DNA from: a virus
Virus record (IMG/VR): IMGVR_UViG_3300028392_000050
Span: 23,294 to 87,293 of that record
Length of the DNA stretch: 64,000 nucleotides
Reading direction: 5' to 3' (one strand)
The position numbers were made by a program, and so were the translations under genes. Of this stretch, positions 9,323 to 18,246 are shown piece by piece. A model generated the notes under the pieces. That model saw only the letters and a program-made list of their open reading frames with translations, did no database searches and was not told where the DNA came from. Position 1 is the stretch's first letter, and each line of letters starts with the position of its first letter.

Positions 9323-9564
9323 TAGTTTCGCCAGTCCTCTCCGATAACTCTCATCAAAGCATTAGGGCTAACTTTTAGAACAGAACATAGGGCAGACATA
9401 GTTCCACTCGGTATCTCTCGCTGTAAATGAAAGTACCTAGACAGACTAGATTTCTGGAAACCTGTTGCTATTGCGAACTGGTTGAGTGATTTGTAGCCGA
9501 GTTTCTTGTATCTGGCTACGAACCATACCCAAGCGATTTCCTTTTGCTTATTAGTTTTTAACAT
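9322..9564 (-). CDS. XRE-family HTH regulator
   Basis: SLNQFAIATGFQKSSLSRY...LCSVLKVSP. Confidence 0.85.
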   Translation of the reverse strand: MLKTNKQKEIAWVWFVARYKKLGYKSLNQFAIATGFQKSSLSRYFHLQREIPSGTMSALCSVLKVSPNALMRVIGEDWRN

Positions 9565-9934
9565 TTGTTTCCTCTACTTCCTGATTTAAATATTCGCTAA
9601 ACTGTTTAACGAAATCTTCCTGTGTGTAATGCGTATTTTCATATTGTACCTCGCCTGTATCGGCATTAACAACGATAGGTGGGTTGTCCTCTGTGTAATC
9701 CACAGAACTAGCAGAGCCAATACCAAAGCCAGTAGAGCCTTTGTAATTACCCTCTACTATTGCGAACTCATAGAACGCCTGTGCCGTTAGGTAGGTGAAA
9801 TCACCTACTCGTTCTGTCTTGTTTAGCAGGTTGGCTACGGCAACAGCGTTATCTGTGCCTGACCAATGACCATATATCCTAATTATGCTGTCGTCAATTT
9901 CGCTAACGAGGTAGATAGAACTCCTATCGCCCAT
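9551..9934 (-). CDS. phage early protein (MGDRS...YxHWxG type)
   Basis: ORF with GAAAGG RBS; motif recognised from phage hypothetical proteins. Confidence 0.75.
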   Translation of the reverse strand: MGDRSSIYLVSEIDDSIIRIYGHWSGTDNAVAVANLLNKTERVGDFTYLTAQAFYEFAIVEGNYKGSTGFGIGSASSVDYTEDNPPIVVNADTGEVQYENTHYTQEDFVKQFSEYLNQEVEETNVKN

Positions 9935-10060
9935 TTGATTTGCCTTTCTTTCCTGATTTATTTGGCTCTGATGTGTAATGTAGCCAGACCATTAGGGCTA
10001 GTGTTTCTAGCCCGAATAGTCCAACTGGCAACAGAACTGCGTAGGTAACTAGCATAGTGT

Positions 10061-12130
10061 CTAGCCCCTAACTTTTCTACTCTTGATTTGATGTTTTACA
10101 ACATCTCTAGCAACCTTTACCAATTCGTTAGGATTTTGGATAGTTCTAAAATCGCTAGCGTTGTGTGTGTATTGAGCAAGGCTCTTAGGGTTGGATAAGA
10201 TTTGCTTAGCGTAGTCCTCGTCACCGAGCCAGACCACACTTACATAACAGCCTTGCTGTACTAGGTTAGCGATTTTCTGGTCACACACAGCAGAGTTAGA
10301 CCACTCGCCGTCTGTAAGAATAAATACTAATTTAGTTTTAGCAGTTGTATTATCCATTATTCGCTTGGTTTCGTTTAGGCTGTCTATCGGGTCAGTACCA
10401 CCACCAGCCTCAACTACACGAACGACAGAGGCATTAGCAGGGGTATCTCTGTCGTAGATTTCCTTAGCCCCATAACTAAAGGCAGATACAGACACCTTGC
10501 CGTTAATGCGTTCTATGCCACGCTTGATAACCCAAGCCGAACGGCAAGCCGAGCCGATAAGTGACCACATAGAGCCAGACTTATCTATCAAGATACTAGC
10601 CTCAATGTCGTACTCGTCGTTGCCCTCTGACCACCTATCAAACAGTCTATCTATCTGGTTGATGTCTGCGTTCATAGCCCTACGAACATTTAACTTGCCA
10701 CTAGGCTTTTCTCTATCCCACGCTGGGTCACTTTCTATGCGTAGCAGTTCTAGTTCCTGTGCGAACAGCCTACTAGCAGTCACTTCCGACATCTCTGGGG
10801 TAAAGTTTCTAGCCCTACCTTTCTCTAGGGTAGATTTGCTACTCCTATCCTTTTGGATAGCCTTGAGTGTGTCTATGACCTTACGCTGTAAAGACTTATC
10901 TGCCTTAGCACGATTAACAGCCTCGTTTAATTGCTCAACTACCTCTGACTGTTCGTTGATGAAACCAGCAGTATCAGGATTAACCTCGCCTGTTTCCTTT
11001 CCAGCCTCGTTGCCAGCAGACAGCCCACCGAATAGGTTGTCTGTCTTATCGCCGTCTAGGTCTAGCAAGCCCTCTTGTTCTTTCTCGCCAACTGGTCTGC
11101 CGTTTCGCATAGGGGCTCGGTAGGTACAGCCATTAGGGTTATCAGGTAGGTCTGGCTTGCCGTTCTCGTCTTGAGGCAACAGAGCAATTAGAACTGTGAT
11201 TAGGTCTTTGGCTCGGTCATACTGGCGAGGGAATACAAGCGTACGATATTCATTTATGATTTCGTAAATAGCCTGTGCCTTATCAAACCCATATTTAGAA
11301 ATAAACATCTGGGCAGATATCTTGCGTAGTTCCTGTGAGAAATACTTACGCCCAGCCAGCAGGATAAACTGTTCGCCTAATTTCTCGGTCTTGTTCTCTA
11401 GCAGGTAATCACCCAGCAGGGCTACCATAAATGGTCTTACGCTTGGATACTTGAGTGTTAAGAAATACTCGGCTCGGCAGTCCTCAAGGATATTAAAGAC
11501 CGAGTTTCGTCTAGGGTCTGCCAATTCCTCTGTGGTATAGGTGTGGGTTAAATCGTTTCCGTCACTATCCTTACCATACACATAAGACTTGGTTTTAGTA
11601 ACTTTCTCGCCTACCCACTTACCCAACGCTGTACCAATGCGAGGTGTAAATAGCAGGTGACCGAGTTCGTGATAGTTAAGACCCTGTAAAGATAGGACTG
11701 TGTTTTCGTCAAGTTCCTTAATCAACTTGCCAGAGAACACGATATCTTTGCCGTCATTGTAGGCAGGGGCTACCTCTGTTTCGCTAACAGACACTAGAAC
11801 ATTTAGACCAGTTAAAATCCTGTCGGCTCGTTGATAGACAGACACCACGCTATCTAGCGTGTTGTTGCGAGAGGTGATACCACCACTAGCCCTGTCTTTC
11901 TCGCCGTCTAGGTAGAGGTCATACTCCTCTTGGATTTCCATAGATAAATGTAAGCGTTCGTTATAGATTTCGTTTTCTGTTCTACCAGTTTCTTTGGCAA
12001 CTCGCTTAACAGTATCGTCATCTCTAGCCCAGTCTTGGGCTTTGTAGCCGTTTTCATTGAGCCACTCATAGAAACCCTTGCCAACGCTAATGCTTTCTAC
12101 GGACTGTCTTGTAATCTTTGGCTTAGGCAT
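10061..12130 (-). CDS. vWA-domain protein (CobT/MoxR partner) with HExxH motif
   Basis: HELGH and NILED; MIDAS DKSGS, GGT, LTDG. Confidence 0.88.
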   Translation of the reverse strand: MPKPKITRQSVESISVGKGFYEWLNENGYKAQDWARDDDTVKRVAKETGRTENEIYNERLHLSMEIQEEYDLYLDGEKDRASGGITSRNNTLDSVVSVYQRADRILTGLNVLVSVSETEVAPAYNDGKDIVFSGKLIKELDENTVLSLQGLNYHELGHLLFTPRIGTALGKWVGEKVTKTKSYVYGKDSDGNDLTHTYTTEELADPRRNSVFNILEDCRAEYFLTLKYPSVRPFMVALLGDYLLENKTEKLGEQFILLAGRKYFSQELRKISAQMFISKYGFDKAQAIYEIINEYRTLVFPRQYDRAKDLITVLIALLPQDENGKPDLPDNPNGCTYRAPMRNGRPVGEKEQEGLLDLDGDKTDNLFGGLSAGNEAGKETGEVNPDTAGFINEQSEVVEQLNEAVNRAKADKSLQRKVIDTLKAIQKDRSSKSTLEKGRARNFTPEMSEVTASRLFAQELELLRIESDPAWDREKPSGKLNVRRAMNADINQIDRLFDRWSEGNDEYDIEASILIDKSGSMWSLIGSACRSAWVIKRGIERINGKVSVSAFSYGAKEIYDRDTPANASVVRVVEAGGGTDPIDSLNETKRIMDNTTAKTKLVFILTDGEWSNSAVCDQKIANLVQQGCYVSVVWLGDEDYAKQILSNPKSLAQYTHNASDFRTIQNPNELVKVARDVVKHQIKSRKVRG

Positions 12131-13515
12131 TAGTTAGCCACCTCGTCTGCCTCAAGTGAAACATCAACAGCGATACCAAAGCCACTAGCAATACCAGCCT
12201 TAGCAGTATCAAAGACCAATTTAACAGCCTCTCGTTCATCATCAGAGAACGAGTTTAAATAGGTTTCTGTCGCATACTCAAGGTCTATGTTCTTTACATT
12301 TTTAACAAAAGCCTCAAGACCTCTGGTAGAGATAGGGGTATCTATCTCGCCTCGTTCGTGCTGTTCTCGCAACTGATTAGCAACCTCTAGCAAGGTAGCG
12401 TTTCCGATAAGTTTTTTCTCAATAGCCTTATCGTAACCAAACTCCCACTTGTGGGCAAACCTATCTTTCCACGCTTGGTTCATTGGGCGAGAGCCACGAT
12501 AGTTAGGGTTGTGGTCACCGATAACAACTAGGTCTGGGTGAGCCTTGATTACCTCACCACCATTTTCTAGCAGTTGGATTTCTCGTCTATCGTCTAGCAG
12601 ACCGAACAGAACTGTTGTAACTCGCTCTGGCATAAAATCTATTTCGTTTAATAGCAATACGCCACCATTACGAACTAGGTCTGTAACAGGTCCGTCTTGC
12701 CACTTAAACACGCCAGCCTGTTCTGTCGGTATCCACATACCGAATAGGTGGCTCGGCTCTAGTCCAATGTTGCTAGAGATGTTGTAGTAGCGATAGCCCC
12801 TAGAACTTGCCCAAGCGATAACACACATAGTCTTACCTGACCCAGCGTGACCTCTGATTAGTAGGTTCTGGTTATTTGCCTTGATGATGTCCAACATCTC
12901 AAAGTCCGTTCTGGTCTTGGTAATTTTGCGATTTAGGTAACGCTTAGCCCAAGAAATATCTGGCACGCTTGCCATTTCCATTTGTGCCTGTGGTCTTGCC
13001 ATAGTTGGTACTGGGGCTGGTGTTGTCGGGGCAGTCATTACAGGAACGAAAGCGACAGCCAACTCCTCGTCTGCCTCAACCTCAACTGGGGTAATCGGGT
13101 TAATGGTTACAGGGTTGGTTCTGCGATTATCAGACACATAGTTAGATAGGCTCTGGTCACCAGCGATTAGTCTGTCGGTTAGTTCTGTAATCCAAACCTG
13201 ATGTGCTTTGGCATTTTTTTCTGGGTTATACACATAGTCACCAGTAAGGTTGGTAAGCCTACTTGATAGGGCTGTTACATTTCCGTATTTGGCATTAAAT
13301 ACATCTGTGCTGTTGATAGCAACTGCGACAGGTAGGTTCTGTGCGACAGTCTGGGGCAAGGTAGTTACATCTGTGACCTTGTGCCAAGCCTGACCTCTGC
13401 CACGCTGTCCGTTAGATACTCGGTGAAATACTAAGACCTCACTCTCGGTTGGAACAATTAGGGTCTGTTCCTTTCCGTCTGTTACTGGGGTAGATACCAT
13501 AAGGGCAATACTCAT
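12130..13515 (-). CDS. MoxR/CobS/CbbQ-type AAA+ ATPase
   Basis: GHAGSGKT Walker A; LLLNEID Walker B variant; NPNYRG; DRF; STR. Confidence 0.9.
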   Translation of the reverse strand: MSIALMVSTPVTDGKEQTLIVPTESEVLVFHRVSNGQRGRGQAWHKVTDVTTLPQTVAQNLPVAVAINSTDVFNAKYGNVTALSSRLTNLTGDYVYNPEKNAKAHQVWITELTDRLIAGDQSLSNYVSDNRRTNPVTINPITPVEVEADEELAVAFVPVMTAPTTPAPVPTMARPQAQMEMASVPDISWAKRYLNRKITKTRTDFEMLDIIKANNQNLLIRGHAGSGKTMCVIAWASSRGYRYYNISSNIGLEPSHLFGMWIPTEQAGVFKWQDGPVTDLVRNGGVLLLNEIDFMPERVTTVLFGLLDDRREIQLLENGGEVIKAHPDLVVIGDHNPNYRGSRPMNQAWKDRFAHKWEFGYDKAIEKKLIGNATLLEVANQLREQHERGEIDTPISTRGLEAFVKNVKNIDLEYATETYLNSFSDDEREAVKLVFDTAKAGIASGFGIAVDVSLEADEVAN

Positions 13516-13762
13516 AAGATTTGATACTTTCTGTTAGTTGTGGGGCAGACCTCTTGCCTGACCTCTCTCTCCGAGTTTATGCGATAGGCACGACATTTCC
13601 TAGAGCCATAAACCTAAATAAGCATTTATTAACCTATTGTTCATCTTTGCCTATAAAGTATCGGCAGCCGATAGAAATTACGGGGCTTTGCTTATTTCTT
13701 TGTTTCTACCTCATAGAGAGAGAACTAATAGAGAGTAAGGGATAGGTGTAGCCCTAGTGACT

Positions 13763-13800
13763 AACAGGCTAGTAACTAACCAACAGGCTAGTAACTAACC
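13763..13800. repeat. 19-bp perfect tandem repeat
   Basis: AACAGGCTAGTAACTAACC twice. Confidence 0.9.
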
Positions 13801-14060
13801 AAGTTCGCAAGGTAGCCCACATCTGGGCTTACCCCTGCCTCTCTTTCTGTATTGCTAGGCAGTAGCCTAGCCATTACCACAGTTTCGGCTATTTAGCAAG
13901 GATTATAACGAAATCGTTATAATCTCTCTATTCGGCTCATAGCATACTCTCTCTCTATAGTCAATAGGGTATCTCTCTCTGTTATGAAATCGTTATAACC
14001 AAGATTAACCGGCCGTTCTCTCTCTGTTAACCAGCTGTTTACTTTGGTGTGGTAAGCGTT

Positions 14061-14154
14061 TTGTTGCGTTGGTAGCCTTTTAGCCTTAACTATGCGATTG
14101 AGCGTAGCGAGCACGCACGGCACGGCTAAGGCTAAAAGGCTACCAACTCAACAA
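14061..14154. repeat. palindromic element 1 (12-mer arms flipped relative to elements 2-11)
   Basis: TTGTTGCGTTGGTAGCCTTTTAGCCTTA ... TAAGGCTAAAAGGCTACCAACTCAACAA; 28-bp arms, 1 mismatch. Confidence 0.9.
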
Positions 14155-14167
14155 TTTCGGGTATGCG

Positions 14168-14203
14168 AAAGCCCCCAAGCCAGAGAGGGGGCTTGGGGGC
14201 TTT
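14168..14203. terminator. intrinsic terminator-like hairpin
   Basis: AAAGCCCCCAAGCC...GGCTTGGGGGCTTT. Confidence 0.75.
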
Positions 14204-14262
14204 GGGCTGGTCACAGAAAGGGGAAAAAGACCAGCCTATAGCGAGGTGGGACAAATCACCTG

Positions 14263-14400
14263 CTAATTCTTATGTTTTCCTTGTCTATACCACTTTAGAA
14301 AGTCGGTGGCACAGGTAATACATAGAGCAGTTGGGGCTACAGTTGGGTCTGTAAGTTGTGTTTTACAGACAAAACACTTCTTACCAGTATAACTACCCAT
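14263..14400 (-). CDS. 45-aa Zn-ribbon protein (not in ORF track)
   Basis: MGSYTGKKCFVC...CITC; overlaps the upstream gene end. Confidence 0.6.
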   Translation of the reverse strand: MGSYTGKKCFVCKTQLTDPTVAPTALCITCATDFLKWYRQGKHKN

Positions 14401-14731
14401 TGTTATCTAGTTTCATCTTACTAGGGTCATAGATACCTAGCAAGGCGAGTAATTCATTAGGGGTCATTAGTAGAGCATAACACAGTTTAGGCAAGAAATA
14501 CAAAGGCATTGTGCCGTTTCCCTTGAGGTAATTGCCTACAGTTCCAGCAGTTACGCCAAAGTTATTACGCCTACAAAAGTCGGCTAGGGACTTATACCCT
14601 AGGCTCTTGTATCTAGCCTCTATTAGTTGTTGCTTACGCTTGCGTTCTTGGGTGTTCCAGTCGTAATAGGCTTGTATTTTCTCATAACGAGTTTCGGCTG
14701 GCTCATTTGGGTCATACTTCGGGTATTCCAT
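14393..14731 (-). CDS. XRE-family HTH regulator (paralog of 9322-9564)
   Basis: ARYKSLGYKSLADFC...LCYALLMTPNELL. Confidence 0.85.
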   Translation of the reverse strand: MEYPKYDPNEPAETRYEKIQAYYDWNTQERKRKQQLIEARYKSLGYKSLADFCRRNNFGVTAGTVGNYLKGNGTMPLYFLPKLCYALLMTPNELLALLGIYDPSKMKLDNNG

Positions 14732-14847
14732 TATTTACTCCTCATTGTAATTAGTCGTGCTTGTAGTCGGGATAGGGCAATAATGGCTTTACTTAGTAGC
14801 CTTATTGCTATGTGGCGTGGGCTTGGGTTGTATCTGTGCTTACTCAT
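14731..14847 (-). CDS. 38-aa basic peptide (not in ORF track)
   Basis: fills the gap, overlapping both neighbours. Confidence 0.45.
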   Translation of the reverse strand: MSKHRYNPSPRHIAIRLLSKAIIALSRLQARLITMRSK

Positions 14848-15559
14848 TACAGCACTCCAAGTTACAGTAACCACGCAAATCCATACCTAAAGCGTGGGTG
14901 ATTTCAGGCTCGTTCTCATAGAACTTATCGCCGTCTAGCCATTGAGCCTCATAAGCAAAGCAGTCGCTTTCGTCAATACTGGACAGGTTTATAGTGATGT
15001 CGGGGTATTGGCTAGCCAAGTGGTCTAATGCCTCTACTGGTGGTGACCACGCACTTTCTAGGTGATAGGTAATCTCTAGAGAAACTGGCATAGTATCTGG
15101 GTCAGTATCGCCCATCTCACCTGCGAGAATAGTAGGCATTTCATAGACAATAGAGGCTTCGTCTGTTATCTCCCACTTAGTTCCCCAGTTACGGCAGTTC
15201 CAGTTATACCAGTCGTCGCTGGTCTTGCGTTCCTCTAGTATCTTGACGAGAGCCTGATTAGCGTCAAAAGGCGTGCTGGTCTTATCAGCCTTGTCTATCT
15301 CTACCAAGTCAGGGTCAGCCTTTACAATGCTGTCAAAGGCTTTCTTACCCCTCTCTAGGTAGGTATCAAGGTTACTAGGCTTTACTATGTTCCATAGCAA
15401 GAATACTCCCTCAACCTGCTCGGCTGGGGTAGGTTCGCCTTTCCAGTTAGTTTCTCCAGCCCAAGGTGTAGTATAAGGCTTAGCAAGCCTATCCTTTATT
15501 GCCATTACTGTATCGTAGTCACCAACGATAGTGACTTTACTGCTAGCCCAATTCGGCAT
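14840..15559 (-). CDS. DUF1281/YubB (Api92-like) ferredoxin-like protein
   Basis: MPNW, WYNWNCRNWGTKW and SAWSPP motifs. Confidence 0.8.
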   Translation of the reverse strand: MPNWASSKVTIVGDYDTVMAIKDRLAKPYTTPWAGETNWKGEPTPAEQVEGVFLLWNIVKPSNLDTYLERGKKAFDSIVKADPDLVEIDKADKTSTPFDANQALVKILEERKTSDDWYNWNCRNWGTKWEITDEASIVYEMPTILAGEMGDTDPDTMPVSLEITYHLESAWSPPVEALDHLASQYPDITINLSSIDESDCFAYEAQWLDGDKFYENEPEITHALGMDLRGYCNLECCNE

Positions 15560-15666
15560 TAGTCGTTCTCCTCAATACAAGTGTGGTTATTCCAGTCTTG
15601 TTCGGCTGTGTCAGAATAGTTATCCACTATAAATCCACAATGGTTACATTTAGTCCAGCGTGCCAT
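15559..15666 (-). CDS. 35-aa Cys/His peptide (not in ORF track)
   Basis: CNHC...HTC; TAATG overlaps; GAGGAG RBS. Confidence 0.65.
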   Translation of the reverse strand: MARWTKCNHCGFIVDNYSDTAEQDWNNHTCIEEND

Positions 15667-15917
15667 TAGTCGTTCTCCTCTTTCTGTTTGATAAGGAACT
15701 CTAGGTCATCAGCAAGTTCATACCCAGTCTGGGTGAACTCAATGTGACCTGATAGTGTTTGCTGTGCCTCTCCAATGAACTCTGACCATACTCTCTCTAC
15801 ATCTGCTCTATCTAAGCCTGTATCTACAAAGTAGGTCTTGTCCCAATACTCCACAATGATTTCATCATCTAGAGCATTGTCTTTTAGTATCTGTGCGATT
15901 AGGTCTTTTACCTTCAT
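15666..15917 (-). CDS. acidic hypothetical early protein
   Basis: GAAAGGA RBS; first gene of its cassette. Confidence 0.8.
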   Translation of the reverse strand: MKVKDLIAQILKDNALDDEIIVEYWDKTYFVDTGLDRADVERVWSEFIGEAQQTLSGHIEFTQTGYELADDLEFLIKQKEEND

Positions 15918-15948
15918 CTCTCAATTCCTTTCTGTGAATTGTAATACG

Positions 15949-16026
15949 AGTTTATACCTATCTCTCTCTAAATAGCAACTCTCCTGCGTGTATTCCAGGT
16001 AAACATTAGATGAACAACAGGTGAAC
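15949..16026 (-). promoter_or_regulatory. early promoter: TAAACT -10 plus three 11-bp PHO-box-like repeats
   Basis: on - strand GTTCACC-tgtt-GTTCATC-taat-GTTTACC (16026-15998). Confidence 0.75.
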
Positions 16027-16033
16027 AGCCCTG

Positions 16034-16108
16034 CCAACTCAACAATTTAGCCATTTAGCCATCCGACGATCCGGAGAAGATGGCTAAATGGCTAAATTGT
16101 TGAGTTGG
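16034..16108. repeat. palindromic element 2
   Basis: CCAACTCAACAA(TTTAGCCA)2TC ... GA(TGGCTAAA)2TTGTTGAGTTGG. Confidence 0.95.
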
Positions 16109-16109
16109 G

Positions 16110-16150
16110 AAAGCCCCCTAGCGTGATGAATGAAACGCTAGGGGGCTTTT
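16110..16150. terminator. intrinsic terminator
   Basis: AAAAGCCCCCTAGCGT...ACGCTAGGGGGCTTTT. Confidence 0.85.
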
Positions 16151-16219
16151 ATGCCAGAGAACCAGTCTGGCTTGGGTTGAGGGGCTGGGCTGGGAGAACC
16201 AGCCCCTCAAGTCTGTTGG

Positions 16220-16780
16220 TTAGTCTACCTCTACCTCTGTGTCGGAAATGTCAAATCCGTAACCAGCCTCGTCAAGGTCGCTGTTGGTAACGGTAGCTTC
16301 GGCTGTAATGTTTAGGTCGCTCTCAATGTCGTCCCAGTCATAACCTCTAGGGGCTGTTACCTCTAGTGAGCCAGTAATGGTAATGTTTACTGTCTTAGTG
16401 ACTTCTGCCTCAATGTCAAAGATTTCGCATAGTTCGTCACGAACTTCCTCGTCAATGTCGTTCCAGTTGTCGTCAAGAAATGTCTCAAGTTTGGTGACTT
16501 TCCTGATTAGTTCCTGCCACTTCACATACCACTCTTGCTTTTCGGTTTCTAAGCTTTTTAGGTTTTTGTGTAGGTGAGTGAGTTCGTGGCGAATAGTTAC
16601 CTTGTCGCCCCCAGTTACCCAGCCGTTATCTATGTAGCCATAGAACTTTACTTCTAGGTCTAAGACATCTGCTAGTGGCTTTACTGGTGTTGTTGCTAGT
16701 TCGGTCAGACCTGCCTCTGCGAGTTTTTCCTCAACAGTTAGTTCTGGCTTTGGTTCTTGGTTCTCTTGGTTCTCATACAT
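16220..16780 (-). CDS. acidic coiled-coil early protein (start reassigned to MYENQ)
   Basis: AGAAAGAGAG RBS before ATG 16780; the longer ORF runs through regulatory DNA. Confidence 0.8.
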   Translation of the reverse strand: MYENQENQEPKPELTVEEKLAEAGLTELATTPVKPLADVLDLEVKFYGYIDNGWVTGGDKVTIRHELTHLHKNLKSLETEKQEWYVKWQELIRKVTKLETFLDDNWNDIDEEVRDELCEIFDIEAEVTKTVNITITGSLEVTAPRGYDWDDIESDLNITAEATVTNSDLDEAGYGFDISDTEVEVD

Positions 16781-16823
16781 AGTAATCTCTCTTTCTGTAG
16801 GTTGTGTATTGCTATGTATTACT

Positions 16824-16901
16824 ATTATGGCAGTTGGGGGTGGCAAAACCCAAATCCTAGAGGCAAACTCTAAGTAAAGCTTTTGTGAACAACAGGTAAA
16901 C
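16824..16901 (-). promoter_or_regulatory. early promoter: CATAAT -10 plus four phased 11-bp repeats
   Basis: units at 16862, 16873, 16884, 16895. Confidence 0.65.
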
Positions 16902-16908
16902 GGATCTC

Positions 16909-16975
16909 CCAACTCAACAAAGCCCAAAGCCCGATCTTTATTAGGGGCTTCGGGCTTTGGGCTTTGTTGAGTTGG
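16909..16975. repeat. palindromic element 3
   Basis: CCAACTCAAC(AAAGCCC)2GA ... TC(GGGCTTT)2GTTGAGTTGG. Confidence 0.95.
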
Positions 16976-16979
16976 CACG

Positions 16980-17020
16980 AAAAAACCCCCCAGCGAGAAC
17001 CTTGGGAGTTCGCTGGGGGG
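16980..17020 (-). terminator. intrinsic terminator
   Basis: GC stem CCCCCCAGCGA/TCGCTGGGGGG with U tract on - strand. Confidence 0.8.
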
Positions 17021-17059
17021 CTGGTATTATCGGGCTAGACACCAACACACCCGATAAGT

Positions 17060-17410
17060 CTAACTAGGCTGGTGAGCCTCTGGCTCTACCTCTACCCACT
17101 CGCCGTCTATGAACTGTTTTTCGTTCACTAACTCACTAATAGCCCCTGAGTATAGGTCATAGTAAAAGGCGTATAAATCAACCTTTTGTAAATCCTCTAT
17201 TGTTTCGGCACTGTCATAGCCAAACTCTTTCCACCTGTTTTGATACTCAAAGTCTAGGCTAGCCCAGTCTAATTGAATGTTAGCCGTATAAACTGGAACT
17301 GCTCCGTCGGCGTATTCGTGAGCGATGTCCTCGGGATAAGGTCGCCCTAAAATCCACTCTCGGTTATCCCAGATTTCTTGGTTGATTTCTGTTTCTGTCC
17401 AAAGTGCCAT
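17060..17410 (-). CDS. Ocr-like (T7 gp0.3) DNA-mimic anti-restriction protein
   Basis: 116 aa, acidic; DIAHEYADGAVPVYTANI resembles T7 Ocr DAIHMAADNAVPHYYADI. Confidence 0.7.
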   Translation of the reverse strand: MALWTETEINQEIWDNREWILGRPYPEDIAHEYADGAVPVYTANIQLDWASLDFEYQNRWKEFGYDSAETIEDLQKVDLYAFYYDLYSGAISELVNEKQFIDGEWVEVEPEAHQPS

Positions 17411-17459
17411 TTGCTGGTTCTCTCTTTCTGTTTGGTGTAGCCCCTTTGGCTACTCTCTT

Positions 17460-17526
17460 ATACTAATGCCACCTAATGACTTATTAGGTAGCGAGCTGAT
17501 GAATGTCAGGTTAATATTAGGTAAAC
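17460..17526 (-). promoter_or_regulatory. early promoter: TAGTAT -10 plus four phased 11-bp repeats
   Basis: units at 17487, 17498, 17509, 17520. Confidence 0.75.
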
Positions 17527-17533
17527 GGATCAA

Positions 17534-17610
17534 GCCAACTCAACAAAAGCCATTTAGCCAACCCTCTTATCTAGTGGGTGTTATGGCTAAATGGCTTTTG
17601 TTGAGTTGGC
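17534..17610. repeat. palindromic element 4
   Basis: GCCAACTCAACAAAAGCCATTTAGCCA ... TGGCTAAATGGCTTTTGTTGAGTTGGC. Confidence 0.95.
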
Positions 17611-17643
17611 AAAAACCCCCTAGCAAGTCAGGTTGCTAGGGGG
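17611..17643 (-). terminator. intrinsic terminator
   Basis: AAAAACCCCCTAGCAA...TTGCTAGGGGG. Confidence 0.8.
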
Positions 17644-17658
17644 CTGGTCTTTGCCGGT

Positions 17659-18024
17659 TTATCCGTAAGTCAGTTCACCGAAAATCGCATACTGGATAAC
17701 CATATCGCCAAAGCAAGCGTCAGCGTCCTCAATGTCTAGGGAGTAAGTGCCACAGTGCTTCTGCCCTGCGTTTAGAGCCAACTGGTATCCCTTTGCTAGT
17801 TGCGCTAGCGTAACGGTGTGCCACTTGTCTTCTTCCTCGTCATACAACTTAAAGTCCTGTGGGTTAGGCTCGTAGTCTGGCAAGTGCCAAAGGCTAATCT
17901 TGCTACCATCAGGCTTACGGATTTTACTCGCCCAGTAGGTAATACCTGCGCCATCACAGCCCCAGATACCTTCCCACAAATCATCAAGCGAAACCTCTAC
18001 GCTTACAGTGATTACCTCGCTCAT
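17659..18024 (-). CDS. phage hypothetical protein (DxxxQxxxFGExxYG C-terminus)
   Basis: ORF; recurrent phage early-protein motif. Confidence 0.8.
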   Translation of the reverse strand: MSEVITVSVEVSLDDLWEGIWGCDGAGITYWASKIRKPDGSKISLWHLPDYEPNPQDFKLYDEEEDKWHTVTLAQLAKGYQLALNAGQKHCGTYSLDIEDADACFGDMVIQYAIFGELTYG

Positions 18025-18131
18025 TAGTATCCTGCCTTTTCTAGAATAGCAAGCACAGTATCTACCTGCTCGTCGGTTAGTTTCTCTATTGCTTCGGTGT
18101 TGATTACACTCTCGCCGAATAGATTTTCCAT
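18024..18131 (-). CDS. 35-aa acidic peptide (not in ORF track)
   Basis: MENLFGESVINTEAIEK...; conserved GAGAGAACCA RBS. Confidence 0.75.
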   Translation of the reverse strand: MENLFGESVINTEAIEKLTDEQVDTVLAILEKAGY

Positions 18132-18174
18132 TGGTTCTCTCTTTCTTTTAGGTAGCCCTTTTGGCTACATACTC

Positions 18175-18240
18175 ACTCTATACCACAGGCGACCAGACAA
18201 GGTAGCCGGTGAGTAAATGGCAAATGAACGTTAGGTGAAC
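18175..18240 (-). promoter_or_regulatory. early promoter: TAGAGT -10 plus four phased 11-bp repeats
   Basis: units at 18201, 18212, 18223, 18234. Confidence 0.75.
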
Positions 18241-18246
18241 AAAGCA

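Noticed and set aside
13521-14123. ORFs 13521-13745 (+) and 13917-14123 (-)
   Set aside because: No RBS, atypical composition, and they overlap repeats and hairpins; treated as non-coding
16781-16978. N-terminal extension of the 16220-16978 ORF
   Set aside because: It runs through the palindrome and promoter; the RBS supports the ATG at 16780
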